The notes under the pieces were generated by a model. It saw only the letters and a program-made list of their open reading frames with translations. It was not told the origin of the DNA and made no database searches. From Alphaproteobacteria bacterium (GTDB lineage: Bacteria > Pseudomonadota > Alphaproteobacteria > RF32 > CAG-239), in contig JAFVWM010000034.1 in the NCBI GenBank assembly GCA_017501665.1, positions 23,963 through 87,962 on the forward strand: a DNA stretch of 64,000 nt, given 5' to 3'. Position numbers and translations under genes: made by a program. Position 1 is the first letter of the stretch; the number at the start of each line of letters is the position of its first letter. This document shows positions 19,637 through 30,868 of this stretch, piece by piece.

Positions 19637-22363
19637 TTATATTTGACCGTGACAATGCTTATATTTTTTTCCGCTTCCGCATGGGCAAAGATCGTTACGG
19701 GCAACTTTTCCCCATGTATTAGGATCATCGGGATTTACTTCCGTATTTTTATATGTAAACGGCGTTTGTTTTTCTGATATTACGGAAGCATCGGAATTTC
19801 CCGACAAAAGATTAATCGGACTTTCATGTACGGCACGCATTTTTGTTTGTTTCGAATTACGTTCTTCCATATCTTCGGCTGAATTTTGTTGAATTACCGT
19901 ACGCATAATTATAAACGCAACTTTTTCACCCAATTGATTCAGCATATCCGAAAACATATTAAACGCTTCTTTTTTATACTCATTCAACGGATCTTTTTGA
20001 CCATAAGCACGCAAAACGATAGTATGACGCATATAATCCAATGTCGCAATATGATCTTTCCACAAAGTATCAAGCTCTTGTAACAAAACCGATTTTTCAA
20101 CGGCACGCACAATATCGGCAGGCACATTAATATTTTTATTCTTTTGTTGCTCGTCGACAACATCAATTATATTATCGATGAGTTTTTCAACATCCATATC
20201 TGCTTCTGCACGCCAACTTTCCATAGGAAGCAAAATTCCGGTAAGGCGAGCCAAATCTTGTTTCAAAGCTTCAATATCCCAATCTTTCGGTAGTGAACCA
20301 TAAGCAATATTTTTATATACAGTATTGCGAATTTGATCATGACACATATCCGAAACGGTATCCGAAACATCTTCAGCTTCCATCAATTCTTTACGTTGTT
20401 CATAAATAACCTTACGTTGTTCATTCATAACATTGTCATATTTCAACAGGTTTTTACGAATATCAAAGTTACGTTCTTCAACTTTTTGCTGAGCTTTTTC
20501 CAATGCTTTACTTATCCACGGATGTACCAAAGCTTCACCTTCGGGCAAACCCAAACGTTGAAGCATAATACTCATACGCTCAGACCCGAAAATACGCATC
20601 AAATCATCTTCTAAAGACAAGAAGAACTTAGATGTTCCCGGATCACCCTGACGACCTGAGCGACCGCGTAATTGGTTGTCGATTCGGCGACTTTCGTGAC
20701 GCTCGGTACCTAAGATATAAAGACCGCCGGCTTCTTTAACCTTTTGTTTATCAGCCTCAACTTCTTGTTTAATCTTTTGTCTCAAATCTTCTATTTGTTT
20801 TTCTGTTTCATCACCTTTTAAGGCTTCTTTTAGGCGCATCTCCACATTACCGCCAAGTTGAATATCGGTACCGCGACCGGCCATATTGGTGGCGATGGTA
20901 ATAGCACCAGAAGTACCGGCCTGAGCCACAATATAAGCCTCACGTTCGTGATGGCGAGCATTCAAAACTTCAAATTTCAATTTAGTATTCTTGGCTAATA
21001 AATCAGCTACCAATTCCGATTTCTCGATTGATGCCGTTCCCACCAAAACCGGTTGACCTTTATTGTGACACTCTTGAATTGTTTTGATTATCGCATCAAA
21101 TTTTTCACGTTCGGTACGATAGATTTCATCATGCAAATCTTCACGCAATACCGGACGATTGGTCGGGATTTCCACACAACTTAAATTGTAAATGTCGTTA
21201 AATTCTGCTTCTTCGGTCATTGCCGTACCGGTCATACCTGAAAGTTTAGGATAAATACGGAAATAATTTTGGAATGTAATAGAAGCTAAAGTTTGGTTTT
21301 CAGATTGGATTCTTACCCCTTCTTTTGCTTCAATAGCTTGATGCAAACCGTCGGAATAACGTCTTCCTTCCATCATGCGACCGGTAAATTCATCAATAAT
21401 CATTACTTTACCGTCTTTAACGATATAATCGACATCTTTGGTGTGCATTTTATGAGCGCGCAAAGCTTGATTTACATGGTGTACAAGACTGACATTAGCC
21501 AAATCATACAAACCGCCTTCGGCAATAAGCCCCACTTTTTTCAACAACTCTTCAACATGAATCATACCTTTTTCGGTTAAGGTAACTTGACGAGCTTTTT
21601 CATCTTTTTCATAGTCAACATCAAAAAGCTTTGGAATGATTTGATTAACCAAAATATATTTTTCCGAACTGTCTTCGGCAGCCCCCGAAATAATAAGCGG
21701 AGTTCTTGCCTCATCAATCAAAATAGAGTCAACCTCGTCGACAATGGCGTAGTTAAACGGACGTTGCACCATATCAGCACGACGAAATTTCATATTGTCA
21801 CGCAAATAATCAAAACCGAGCTCATTATTTGTACCGTACAAAATGTCGGCATTATAAGCCTCGCGTCTTTGCTCGTCATTTTTTTCATGAACAATATAAT
21901 CTACCGTTAAACCCAAGAAGCGATAAACTTGTCCCATCCACTCAGCATCGCGTTTTGCCAAATAATCATTTACGGTAACAATATGAACGCCTTTTCCTGA
22001 CAAAGCATTAAGATAAGCCGCCAAAGTTGCTACCAAAGTTTTACCTTCACCGGTTTTCATTTCGGCAATTTGACCACGATGCAAAACAATACCGCCAATA
22101 AGTTGAACATCATAATGTCGTTGTCCCAAGGTACGTTTGGCAGCCTCACGAACCGTAGCAAATGCCTCGACTAAAATATCGTCTTCAGTCTCGCCGTTTT
22201 TCAAACGTTCCTTAAACTCCGCCGTTTTTACTAAAAGTTGTTCATCACTAAATGCACTGTACTCAGGCTCTAAAGCGTTAATTTTTTCAACAATTTTATA
22301 TTGTTTTTTTACATATCTGTCATTAGCCGAACCGAAAATTTTACGTGCAATACTACCTAACAT
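19637..22363 (-). CDS. secA: preprotein translocase ATPase SecA
   Basis: 908 aa with DEAD-like motor motifs ([27 protein letters not shown]) and a C-terminal zinc finger [14 protein letters not shown]. Confidence 0.97.
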   Translation of the reverse strand: MLGSIARKIFGSANDRYVKKQYKIVEKINALEPEYSAFSDEQLLVKTAEFKERLKNGETEDDILVEAFATVREAAKRTLGQRHYDVQLIGGIVLHRGQIAEMKTGEGKTLVATLAAYLNALSGKGVHIVTVNDYLAKRDAEWMGQVYRFLGLTVDYIVHEKNDEQRREAYNADILYGTNNELGFDYLRDNMKFRRADMVQRPFNYAIVDEVDSILIDEARTPLIISGAAEDSSEKYILVNQIIPKLFDVDYEKDEKARQVTLTEKGMIHVEELLKKVGLIAEGGLYDLANVSLVHHVNQALRAHKMHTKDVDYIVKDGKVMIIDEFTGRMMEGRRYSDGLHQAIEAKEGVRIQSENQTLASITFQNYFRIYPKLSGMTGTAMTEEAEFNDIYNLSCVEIPTNRPVLREDLHDEIYRTEREKFDAIIKTIQECHNKGQPVLVGTASIEKSELVADLLAKNTKLKFEVLNARHHEREAYIVAQAGTSGAITIATNMAGRGTDIQLGGNVEMRLKEALKGDETEKQIEDLRQKIKQEVEADKQKVKEAGGLYILGTERHESRRIDNQLRGRSGRQGDPGTSKFFLSLEDDLMRIFGSERMSIMLQRLGLPEGEALVHPWISKALEKAQQKVEERNFDIRKNLLKYDNVMNEQRKVIYEQRKELMEAEDVSDTVSDMCHDQIRNTVYKNIAYGSLPKDWDIEALKQDLARLTGILLPMESWRAEADMDVEKLIDNIIDVVDEQQKNKNINVPADIVRAVEKSVLLQELDTLWKDHIATLDYMRHTIVLRAYGQKDPLNEYKKEAFNMFSDMLNQLGEKVAFIIMRTVIQQNSAEDMEERNSKQTKMRAVHESPINLLSGNSDASVISEKQTPFTYKNTEVNPDDPNTWGKVARNDLCPCGSGKKYKHCHGQI

Positions 22364-22550
22364 ATTTCAATTATCCTTGGGTTATAAATTTTATAATCAA
22401 TAGTTTAACACATCATATTTAGTGTTTTAAATCAACTAAGTCAAGAGCTCGCTCAAGTTATAAACCTCATTGAAAAAAATATCTTGGAATTTTAGCAAAA
22501 ATTAATTATATATAGCTGTAACGGGTAAAATTTATTTTGGAGAAGTGATA

Positions 22551-23363
22551 ATGAATAAAAAACTTTTAGCAATGTTGATGATGTCGACAGCTTTGTTTGT
22601 TTCCGCCAATTCCTTTGCAGCCGGAAAAAACGGAGTTGCAGCAGTTGTAAACGGTAAAGAAATCAAAGTTGATGATATAAAAGTTGCCTATGAAGCAAAC
22701 CCCATAGTTAAAGAAAAAACTTCATTTGATGAATTTTACGGCAAGACCTTAGATATTTTTGTTGATGGAGAAATTGTCTATCAGGAAGCTGTTAAAGCCA
22801 ACATACAAAACGAACCTGATTACAAAAAACAACTAAAAACCATGAAAGAAGAATTAGCCAGAAAAATTTATTTGGAAAAAGAAGTCAGAAAGTTAGTTAA
22901 TGACGAAGCGGTTAAAAAACTTTATCAAGACTATAAAAATACTTTCAACGGCGAAAAAGAAGTTAAAGCAAAACACATCTTGGTCAAAGACGAAGCCACA
23001 GCCAAAGAAGTCATTACCAAATTTCAAAAAAACGGCGACTTTGAAAAACTGGCCAAAGAATATTCTAAAGAACCTGCTGATTTAGGTTATTTCACTAAAG
23101 AAATGATGGTTCCCGAATTCGGTGACGCCGCCTTCAAATTGAAAAAAGGCGAATACACCAAAACTCCGGTCAAAACTCAATTCGGCTATCATGTAATTTT
23201 GGTCGAAGATGTTCGTGAAGCAAAACCGCAACCTTTGGAAAAAATTGAAAATCAACTCAAAGGTATGTTAGCTCAAAAAACTATGGGTGATATTATCAAA
23301 GGCCTGCAAAGCAACGCAAAAGTTGTAAAATACGACGTTGATGGTAACGTTATAAACCATTAG
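22551..23363 (+). CDS. parvulin-type peptidyl-prolyl isomerase (PpiC/PrsA-like, periplasmic)
   Basis: Signal peptide plus a parvulin core, KAKHILVKDEATAKEV...FGYHVILVED. It is divergent from secA, as in many alphaproteobacteria. I prefer the ATG at 22551 over the GTG at 22545. Confidence 0.85.
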   Translation: MNKKLLAMLMMSTALFVSANSFAAGKNGVAAVVNGKEIKVDDIKVAYEANPIVKEKTSFDEFYGKTLDIFVDGEIVYQEAVKANIQNEPDYKKQLKTMKEELARKIYLEKEVRKLVNDEAVKKLYQDYKNTFNGEKEVKAKHILVKDEATAKEVITKFQKNGDFEKLAKEYSKEPADLGYFTKEMMVPEFGDAAFKLKKGEYTKTPVKTQFGYHVILVEDVREAKPQPLEKIENQLKGMLAQKTMGDIIKGLQSNAKVVKYDVDGNVINH

Positions 23364-23482
23364 CTTTTTGATCACATTCAAAACTCCTCGTTTATATGAA
23401 AAACGGGGGGTTTTGTTTTACTTGACTAATAAAAGATTAATTGATACTTGTAACATAATTTTATAAACAAAAAGAGAAAAAA

Positions 23483-25060
23483 ATGACTGATACTGACAAT
23501 TTGCGCAAAACTTTTGCGATTATTTCGCACCCTGACGCCGGTAAAACAACTTTAACCGAAAAATTGTTGTTATTCGGAGGTGCAATTCAACAAGCCGGCG
23601 CGGTAAAAGCACGCGGTGAAAATCGTCGTGCCCATTCCGACTGGATGAAAGTCGAGCAAGAACGTGGTATTTCCGTTGCCTCATCGGTAATGACGTTCGA
23701 ATATAATAATGTAACCTTCAATCTTTTGGATACTCCGGGTCACGAAGACTTTTCCGAAGATACATATCGTGTATTAACTGCCGTTGATTCGGCTGTTATG
23801 GTACTTGATTCGGCAAAAGGTATCGAAACCCAAACAAAAAAATTGTTTGAAGTATGTCGCCTGCGAGATGTTCCGATTATTACTTTCATCAACAAATTAG
23901 ACAGAGAAGGACAAGATCCTTTTGCATTGTTAGATGAAATTGAACAAACCTTAGCCTTAGATGTTACACCGGCAAGTTGGCCTGTCGGTTCGGGAAAAGA
24001 CTTCAAAGGTTGTTATGATATTTTAAACAATCGCATGATTTTGATGAGCAAAACCGGTGATAAATCAACCATCAATACTGTTATCGAAACAGTTTCCGGA
24101 CTTGATGATTCCAAATTAGATGAATTATTACCGGCACACCAAGTAGCCAAGCTTCGTGAAGACATTATGATGATCAGCGAACTTTGCCCGAAATTTGATT
24201 TAAACGCCTACTTGTCCGGCACATTAACTCCGGTATTTTTCGGAAGTGCCATCAACAACTTTGGTGTAAAAGAAGTTTTGGACGGTTTATTAAAATTTGC
24301 TCCGACACCTCGCCCACATCCGACTGTCGAACGTGAGGTCAGTCCCAATGAAAGTAAAGTCAGCGGTTTTGTCTTCAAGATTCAAGCCAACATGGACCCC
24401 AAACACCGAGATAGAATAGCTTTTATGCGTATTTGTTCCGGACATTTCAAACGTGGTATGACCTTACACCAAGTCCGTACCGGCAAAGCCTTAAAAGTTC
24501 CGACACCGGTAATGTTTTTGGCACAAGAACGCGAACTGGCCGAAGATGCTTATGCCGGCGACATCATCGGAATCCCCAATCATGGACAATTACGTATTGG
24601 CGACACCTTGACCGAAGGCGAAAAAATTACCTTTACCGGTATTCCATCATTTGCCCCTGAACTATTAAAATCGGCTCGTGCACTTGATCCCCTAAAATCC
24701 AAACATCTTGGCGATGCCTTAAAGCAAATTGCCGAAGAAGGTGGGGCAAGTATCTTCAAACCGGTTGTCGGCGCCGAATGGATTGTCGGCGTAGTCGGTG
24801 TTTTGCAATTCGAGGTTATGGCCGACCGTATCAAAAACGAATTCGGACTTCCGGTAATGTTTGAACAAACCCAATATTTTACGGCTCGTTGGATTTCTTC
24901 TGATGATAAAAATGAGTTAAACAAATTTATCGATACCAACCGCTTAAATATTGCCGAAGATAATGACGGCGCCCTTGTATTCTTGGCTCGCAATGCTTGG
25001 CACCTAAACAAATCGCAGGAAGATTTTCCGAAAATCAAATTTTCCAAAATCAAAGAATAA
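23483..25060 (+). CDS. prfC: peptide chain release factor 3
   Basis: FAIISHPDAGKTTLTEKLLLFGGAIQ, DTPGHEDF and NKLD; the length is typical at 525 aa. Confidence 0.95.
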   Translation: MTDTDNLRKTFAIISHPDAGKTTLTEKLLLFGGAIQQAGAVKARGENRRAHSDWMKVEQERGISVASSVMTFEYNNVTFNLLDTPGHEDFSEDTYRVLTAVDSAVMVLDSAKGIETQTKKLFEVCRLRDVPIITFINKLDREGQDPFALLDEIEQTLALDVTPASWPVGSGKDFKGCYDILNNRMILMSKTGDKSTINTVIETVSGLDDSKLDELLPAHQVAKLREDIMMISELCPKFDLNAYLSGTLTPVFFGSAINNFGVKEVLDGLLKFAPTPRPHPTVEREVSPNESKVSGFVFKIQANMDPKHRDRIAFMRICSGHFKRGMTLHQVRTGKALKVPTPVMFLAQERELAEDAYAGDIIGIPNHGQLRIGDTLTEGEKITFTGIPSFAPELLKSARALDPLKSKHLGDALKQIAEEGGASIFKPVVGAEWIVGVVGVLQFEVMADRIKNEFGLPVMFEQTQYFTARWISSDDKNELNKFIDTNRLNIAEDNDGALVFLARNAWHLNKSQEDFPKIKFSKIKE

Positions 25061-25070
25061 TACACCAATA

Positions 25071-25140
25071 AAAAGCCTTCCGTTTTTTTACGAAAGGCTT
25101 TTACAAGAAACACGCTCCTTAATACAAGGAGCGTGTTTCT
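25071..25140. terminator. pair of convergent terminator hairpins between prfC and the SPFH gene
   Basis: The first is aagccttccg...cgaaaggctt (25071-25102). The second is a perfect 15-bp stem, agaaacacgctcctt/aaggagcgtgtttct (25106-25140). Confidence 0.6.
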
Positions 25141-25154
25141 TCTTAAACATTACC

Positions 25155-26051
25155 TTATTCCGCAGGAATATTAAGTAACGTTCCGGCGCCATCCATCACA
25201 ACAGTTTTCCAACCGCTTGCGGATTCCGCCATTTTTCTTTGAACCTCAAGTTCCTTAAGTTTTAGAACTTGAGGATTTCGGGCAATTGCCTTACCTTCAA
25301 CGTCCAACGCCTTTGCATTGCTTTCGGCGAGAAGCACCATTGCCTTTGCATCACCTTCAGCTTTGGCTATTGCAGCATCTGCATCACCCTGAGCTTTAAT
25401 GACCTTTTGGCGTGCTTCTTCCTCTATCTGCACAGTTCTGTTCTTAGCCGTTTGTGCTGCTTGTTCAGCCAACACTTTGGCTTCAATACCGTCTTCAAAG
25501 TTTTTAGAGTAATCGATGTTGTCAATCACAAAAGACACCTCGGTAAAGAACTCTGACGGCAGATTCTCCACGAGTTTTTGCTCGATATCAGAGGCTGCTT
25601 GGTCTCTGTTGGCAACCAGCTCCTGAGCAACCCACTTTCCGATTACATCCTTCACCGTACTGCGTAATACGGGAAGAATGATTTTTTCTTCGTAATAGCG
25701 ACCTGCCGATATATATAATTGCGGTGCATTGGCATCCACAATTTTATACGTGAAGACGTACTTAATCTCCGCAGGTTGGATATCTGAGGTATAAGTAGCA
25801 TTTGTTTCATCGACCCGCTGGGTCGTTTTATCAAACTTTACAAACTTTGAAAAAAACGGCCATTTTACGGACAGACCGTAACACGGGGTCGGATCCACCG
25901 TTCCCATTGTCACGCGGATGCCAACGAGCTCAGCGTTGACTATCCTTATTGATCCTGTTAAAAAGATCAATACGATTAATCCGGCGATACCGCCGATGAT
26001 AAATTTCGCAACCTTCTTATTTTCCATATAATATTTTTTTATGAAAAACAT
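25155..26051 (-). CDS. SPFH/band-7 (prohibitin-like) membrane protein
   Basis: N-terminal TM, an SPFH core and an Ala/Glu-rich coiled-coil tail (AEQAAQTAKNRTVQIEEEARQK...). An alternative start is MENKK at 26027. Confidence 0.85.
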   Translation of the reverse strand: MFFIKKYYMENKKVAKFIIGGIAGLIVLIFLTGSIRIVNAELVGIRVTMGTVDPTPCYGLSVKWPFFSKFVKFDKTTQRVDETNATYTSDIQPAEIKYVFTYKIVDANAPQLYISAGRYYEEKIILPVLRSTVKDVIGKWVAQELVANRDQAASDIEQKLVENLPSEFFTEVSFVIDNIDYSKNFEDGIEAKVLAEQAAQTAKNRTVQIEEEARQKVIKAQGDADAAIAKAEGDAKAMVLLAESNAKALDVEGKAIARNPQVLKLKELEVQRKMAESASGWKTVVMDGAGTLLNIPAE

Positions 26052-26468
26052 AGCGTAATTTTAACAAATACGATCTCGTTTTTATAAACTAAATTTTTAC
26101 TTCTGATCCCCCGAACACGCAGTTCTCTGCAAATAGCAGTGGGCGGCTTTGCGAAAGCTCTTTCCAATTTATTTTATAACCGTCAATTTTTTTCATTAAA
26201 ATTCGTGTTATGTTTTTTTAATAATTTAAATAATTATACAAATAGTTGTACAAAATCGACAAAACTATATCACACTTTTTTACCTTATGCAATACCCATT
26301 TAAAAAAATCTCGCAAAAATCCATTTTTTTACTGGATTTTTAATCTTTCGAGTGCTATAAAAGGCGCAGAAATTTTTTCTATTAAGCTTACAGCCGGTAG
26401 ATTAGGCATAAAACAGTCTGATTTATGGGCTTTTTTTATTTTGTTAACGTTAACTTTAAGGATGAAAT

Positions 26469-29400
26469 ATGTCTGAAGTAAAGATGAAAATGATGGATGG
26501 TAACGAAGCTGCCGCTTCCGTTGCCCACCGCATGAATGAAGTCTGCGTTATCTACCCGATTACCCCGTCATCACCGATGGGAGAATGGGCTGATGCGTGG
26601 TCTGCCGCCAAACAAAAAAACCTTTGGGGTATTGTTCCCGAAGTTCAAGAAATGCAATCTGAAGCCGGTGCTGCCGGTGCTTGCCACGGTTCACTCCAAG
26701 CAGGTGCTTTGACAACCACCTTTACCGCTTCTCAAGGCTTGCTCTTGATGATTCCTAACATGTACAAAATTGCCGGCGAACTTTGCCCGTTTGTAATGCA
26801 CGTTGCCGCTCGTTCCTTGGCATACCACGCATTATCAATTTTTGGCGATCACTCTGACGTTATGTCTTGTCGTCAAACAGGTTTTGCCATGCTGTCTTCT
26901 AATTCCGTACAAGAGGCTCATGACTTTGCTGCCATAGCTCAAACATCTACTTTGCGCTCTCGTGTTCCGTTTATGCACTTCTTTGACGGTTTCAGAACAT
27001 CACACGAAATTAAAAAAATTGCCCTTTTATCTGATGATGATTTGCGTGCAATGTTGGAAGGCGTTGATTATCAATTCAATGCCAAAAATGCTCTTCGTCC
27101 GGAAGCTCCGGTTATTCGCGGTACGGCTCAAAACCCTGACGTATTCTTCCAAGGTCGTGAAGCTTGCAATCCGTTCTACAACAAAGTAGAAGGCATTGTT
27201 CAAGAAGAAATGGATAAATTCGCTAAAATATCAGGCCGCAAATACAACGTTGTTGACTACGTCGGTCCCGAAGATGCCGAACAAGTTATTGTTATTATGG
27301 GTTCAGGCGCCGAAACAGTTGAAGAAGCCATCACATACTTAAATGCCAACGGTTACAAAGTAGGTTTGATGAAAGTTCGCTTATACCGTCCTTTCCCGAC
27401 CAAATCTTTCTTAAAAGCTTTACCGAAATCTGTTAAAGTTGTAAATGTTTTGGACAGAACAAAAGAATCAGGCTCAATCGGTGAACCTTTATACTTAGAT
27501 GTTGTTGCTACATTAACTCAAGCTCATGCTAACGGCGAAATCGCTGATATGCCTCGCATTTTTGGAGGTCGTTATGGCTTATCTTCAAAAGAATTCACCC
27601 CTGGTATGGTTCGTGCCGTATATGACAATGGTGCATCAATGAAACCGATTAACGGATTCTCTGTCGGTATCAACGACGATGTAAACAACACATCTTTACC
27701 ATATAGTGACGACATCGACACCGAAGGTAAAGACGTTGTTCGTGCCGTATTCTATGGTCTTGGTGCTGATGGTACTGTCGGTGCTAACAAAAACTCAATC
27801 AAAATTATTGCCGAAGATGCCGGTAAATATGGTCAAGGTTACTTTGTTTACGATTCTCGTAAATCAGGTTCTATGACTACATCGCACTTGCGTTTTTCCG
27901 ACAACCCGATCAAAGCTGCTTACTTAATCAACAAAGCAGACTTTGTAGCTTGTCACCAATTTCCGTTCATGGCCAAGGTTGACATCTTAAAGATTGCCAA
28001 ACCGGGGGCAACCTTCTTGCTCAATGCCCCCTATTCTGCTGACGAAGTATGGAATCACCTTCCACGCGAAGTTCAAGCCGAAATCATTGCCAAGAAACTT
28101 CAATTCTACACAATTAATGCCGTAGAAGTTGCTCGTGAAACCGGAATGGGTCAACGCATTAACACCATTATGCAAGCCTGCTTCTTTGCAATTTCTAATA
28201 TTTTACCCAAAGACGAAGCTATTGCACAAATTAAAAATGCAATTAAGAAAACCTATTCTAAAAAAGGTGATGCTATCGTTCAAAAGAACTTTGTTGCTGT
28301 TGATGCCTCTCTTGAGCACTTACACAAAGTTGAATACCCCAACGAAGTAACATCTTCATTTGATCGCTTGCTTCCTGTTCCGGCAGATGCCCCTGAATTT
28401 ATTAAAAAAGTTACCGGAGAACTTATTGCCGACCGCGGTGATTTGCTCCCTGTTTCTGCATTCTCGGAAGTTGTTGACGGAACATGGCCGACAGGTACAA
28501 CTCAATACGAAAAACGTTGTATTGCTACCGAAATTCCGGTTTGGGATGCCGAAAGCTGTATCCAATGCGGTAAATGTTCTATTGTTTGTCCTCATGGTGT
28601 AATTCGTATGAAAGTCGCCTCGGAAGAACAATTGGCATCTGCTCCGGCAACTTTAAAATCAGCTCCCTACAAAGGAAAAGAATTTGCCGACAAACGTTTC
28701 ATTTTGCAAATTTCGGCCGAAGACTGCACAGGTTGCGGTATTTGTACTTCTGCTTGTCCGGCTAAAAACAAAGCAAATCCTGAGCTCAAAGCTATCAATA
28801 TGGATCACATTGAAAACCATTTGGAAGCCGAAAAAGCAAATTGGAAATTCTTTGAAACTTTGCCTTATGTAAAACGTACCGAAGTTGTTAAAAACTTGCC
28901 CAAAACCACTCAAATGATTCAACCGTTGTTTGAATTCTCAGGTGCTTGTGCAGGTTGCGGTGAAACACCTTATGTAAAATTGTTGACCCAATTGTTTGGT
29001 GACAGAATGGTTGTTGCCAATGCAACAGGTTGTTCTTCAATTTACTCCGGTAACTTACCGACAACTCCTTATGCCAAAGATGAAAAAGGTCATGGTCCGG
29101 CTTGGGCTAACTCATTATTTGAAGACAATGCCGAGTTTGGTTTGGGTATGCGCTTCTCAATTGACCAACAAACATCTTTTGCCAAACAATTATTGGAAGG
29201 CTTAAAAGACAAAGTAGGTAGCGAATTGGCCGACAAATTGTTGAACAATCCTCAATCAAATGATGTTGAAATTGATGCTCAACGCGATTTGGTTGCCGAG
29301 TTACGCACAAAATTGGCTGGCATAAACTCTGCCGAAGCCAAACATCTCGATAAATTAGCAGACTATCTCATCAAAAAATCCGTATGGATCTTAGGTGGTG

Positions 29401-30029
29401 ACGGTTGGGCTTATGATATCGGTTTCGGCGGTCTTGATCACGCTATTGCCTCCGGCAAAAACATCAATATTTTGGTAATGGATACAGGTGTTTACTCAAA
29501 TACCGGCGGTCAACAATCAAAAGCAACTCCTATGGGTGCTTCTGCTAAATTTGCCACAGCCGGTAAAGCATTACCGAAAAAAGATTTGGGTATGATTGCT
29601 ATGTCTTATGGCAATGTTTATGTTGCTCAAATTTCTATCGGTGCTAACGATGCTCAGGTAATCAAAGCCTTAAACGAAGCCGAAGCTTATGACGGCCCGT
29701 CTTTGATTATTGCATATTCACACTGTATTGCTCAAGGTTTCAACTTAATCGACGGTCTGTCTCACCAAAAAGATGCCGTTGAATCAGGTTCATGGCCTTT
29801 GTATCGTTACAATCCTGAAAACATCAAAGAAGGTAAAGCTCCTTTGAGTCTTGACTCAAAAGCTCCTTCTAAACCATTGGCAGAATATATGGCTAATGAA
29901 ACACGTTTCCAAGTTGTAAACAAACAAAATCCTGAACGCTATGAAACTCTTGTAAACCGTGCTCAAGAAAACGTTAAAGAAAAACGTTCTTTGCTTGAAC
30001 ACATGGCCGGTTTCAAAGTTGCGGAATAG
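26469..30029 (+). CDS. nifJ: pyruvate:ferredoxin (flavodoxin) oxidoreductase, single-chain
   Basis: 1186 aa. It has an N-terminal DGNEAAASVA, two 4Fe-4S ferredoxin motifs (CIQCGKCSIVCP, CTGCGICTSACP) and a TPP-binding motif (GGDGWAYDIGFGGLDH). Confidence 0.95.
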   Translation: MSEVKMKMMDGNEAAASVAHRMNEVCVIYPITPSSPMGEWADAWSAAKQKNLWGIVPEVQEMQSEAGAAGACHGSLQAGALTTTFTASQGLLLMIPNMYKIAGELCPFVMHVAARSLAYHALSIFGDHSDVMSCRQTGFAMLSSNSVQEAHDFAAIAQTSTLRSRVPFMHFFDGFRTSHEIKKIALLSDDDLRAMLEGVDYQFNAKNALRPEAPVIRGTAQNPDVFFQGREACNPFYNKVEGIVQEEMDKFAKISGRKYNVVDYVGPEDAEQVIVIMGSGAETVEEAITYLNANGYKVGLMKVRLYRPFPTKSFLKALPKSVKVVNVLDRTKESGSIGEPLYLDVVATLTQAHANGEIADMPRIFGGRYGLSSKEFTPGMVRAVYDNGASMKPINGFSVGINDDVNNTSLPYSDDIDTEGKDVVRAVFYGLGADGTVGANKNSIKIIAEDAGKYGQGYFVYDSRKSGSMTTSHLRFSDNPIKAAYLINKADFVACHQFPFMAKVDILKIAKPGATFLLNAPYSADEVWNHLPREVQAEIIAKKLQFYTINAVEVARETGMGQRINTIMQACFFAISNILPKDEAIAQIKNAIKKTYSKKGDAIVQKNFVAVDASLEHLHKVEYPNEVTSSFDRLLPVPADAPEFIKKVTGELIADRGDLLPVSAFSEVVDGTWPTGTTQYEKRCIATEIPVWDAESCIQCGKCSIVCPHGVIRMKVASEEQLASAPATLKSAPYKGKEFADKRFILQISAEDCTGCGICTSACPAKNKANPELKAINMDHIENHLEAEKANWKFFETLPYVKRTEVVKNLPKTTQMIQPLFEFSGACAGCGETPYVKLLTQLFGDRMVVANATGCSSIYSGNLPTTPYAKDEKGHGPAWANSLFEDNAEFGLGMRFSIDQQTSFAKQLLEGLKDKVGSELADKLLNNPQSNDVEIDAQRDLVAELRTKLAGINSAEAKHLDKLADYLIKKSVWILGGDGWAYDIGFGGLDHAIASGKNINILVMDTGVYSNTGGQQSKATPMGASAKFATAGKALPKKDLGMIAMSYGNVYVAQISIGANDAQVIKALNEAEAYDGPSLIIAYSHCIAQGFNLIDGLSHQKDAVESGSWPLYRYNPENIKEGKAPLSLDSKAPSKPLAEYMANETRFQVVNKQNPERYETLVNRAQENVKEKRSLLEHMAGFKVAE

Positions 30030-30045
30030 TAACTTGAACTAACGT

Positions 30046-30085
30046 AAAAACTCCCTGTTCTGATCTTTGAACAGGGAGTTTTTTA
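30046..30085 (+). terminator. intrinsic terminator after nifJ
   Basis: aaaaactccctgttc / gaacagggagttttt is a 15-bp stem followed by a T-run. Confidence 0.7.
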
Positions 30086-30181
30086 CATTCATAACTATTT
30101 ATTAACAAAAACATTGACAAAAACAACAAAAGTTGTTTAGATTTTTCCAATACACAAATTATTAACAAAAATTATTATATT

Positions 30182-30847
30182 ATGGAAATAACACCAAACA
30201 TAGCTGACGGAATTATAAATAACTCCAAAGAAGCTCAAAAGATTTTTTTCGAAAATACAAAAAAATTTATTTCGTTTAAACCATTTGTTATAAACTTTCA
30301 TAAAGATGATAATGATTTTGTTTCATCTATTTGTTGGAAAGGTTTCGATCAAATAAATAAAAAAGAGGCAATACTTTCAGCCATAGAAATACCTCAAAAT
30401 ATTTTAAAAAGCTGCAAAGAAACGAAATTTATTCCATTAAACATTGGTGATACCGTAATGTTACATGGTAAAATCTTTACTATTGAAGAAAAAAATTCAG
30501 AACTATTTATTATGGAACTCCCATACATTTGTTCCGGAAAATATGCCGAATCAATAGTAAACGTAACAAACAACATCAAAAATCTATTTTGGCGTCTGGG
30601 CATGGGACTAAAAGATTCTACACCTGTATGTACCATATGGATAGGAATAAATTTAGAAAACGTCGATAAAAGTATGATGCTTCCGGTATTCAGCAAAGAC
30701 AAAGCCAATCTGGCTATCATTGATGACATTGATATCATGGATACAAACTCCATTATAATGATAAATGATTGTATATATCATTATTATCATGACAACGAAG
30801 CTAAGTTGGAATTTTTGTCCCCTATGGTAGAAGGCCTGTTTTGTTAA
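30182..30847 (+). CDS. hypothetical protein (221 aa)
   Basis: ORF with a plausible TTGACA-17-TTAGAT promoter (~30113-30141). No motif recognised. A terminator hairpin (aacaggcc/ggcctgtt region, ~30848-30870) is shared with the convergent aminopeptidase gene. Confidence 0.6.
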   Translation: MEITPNIADGIINNSKEAQKIFFENTKKFISFKPFVINFHKDDNDFVSSICWKGFDQINKKEAILSAIEIPQNILKSCKETKFIPLNIGDTVMLHGKIFTIEEKNSELFIMELPYICSGKYAESIVNVTNNIKNLFWRLGMGLKDSTPVCTIWIGINLENVDKSMMLPVFSKDKANLAIIDDIDIMDTNSIIMINDCIYHYYHDNEAKLEFLSPMVEGLFC

Positions 30848-30868
30848 AAAACAGGCCTTTTGGCTTTT

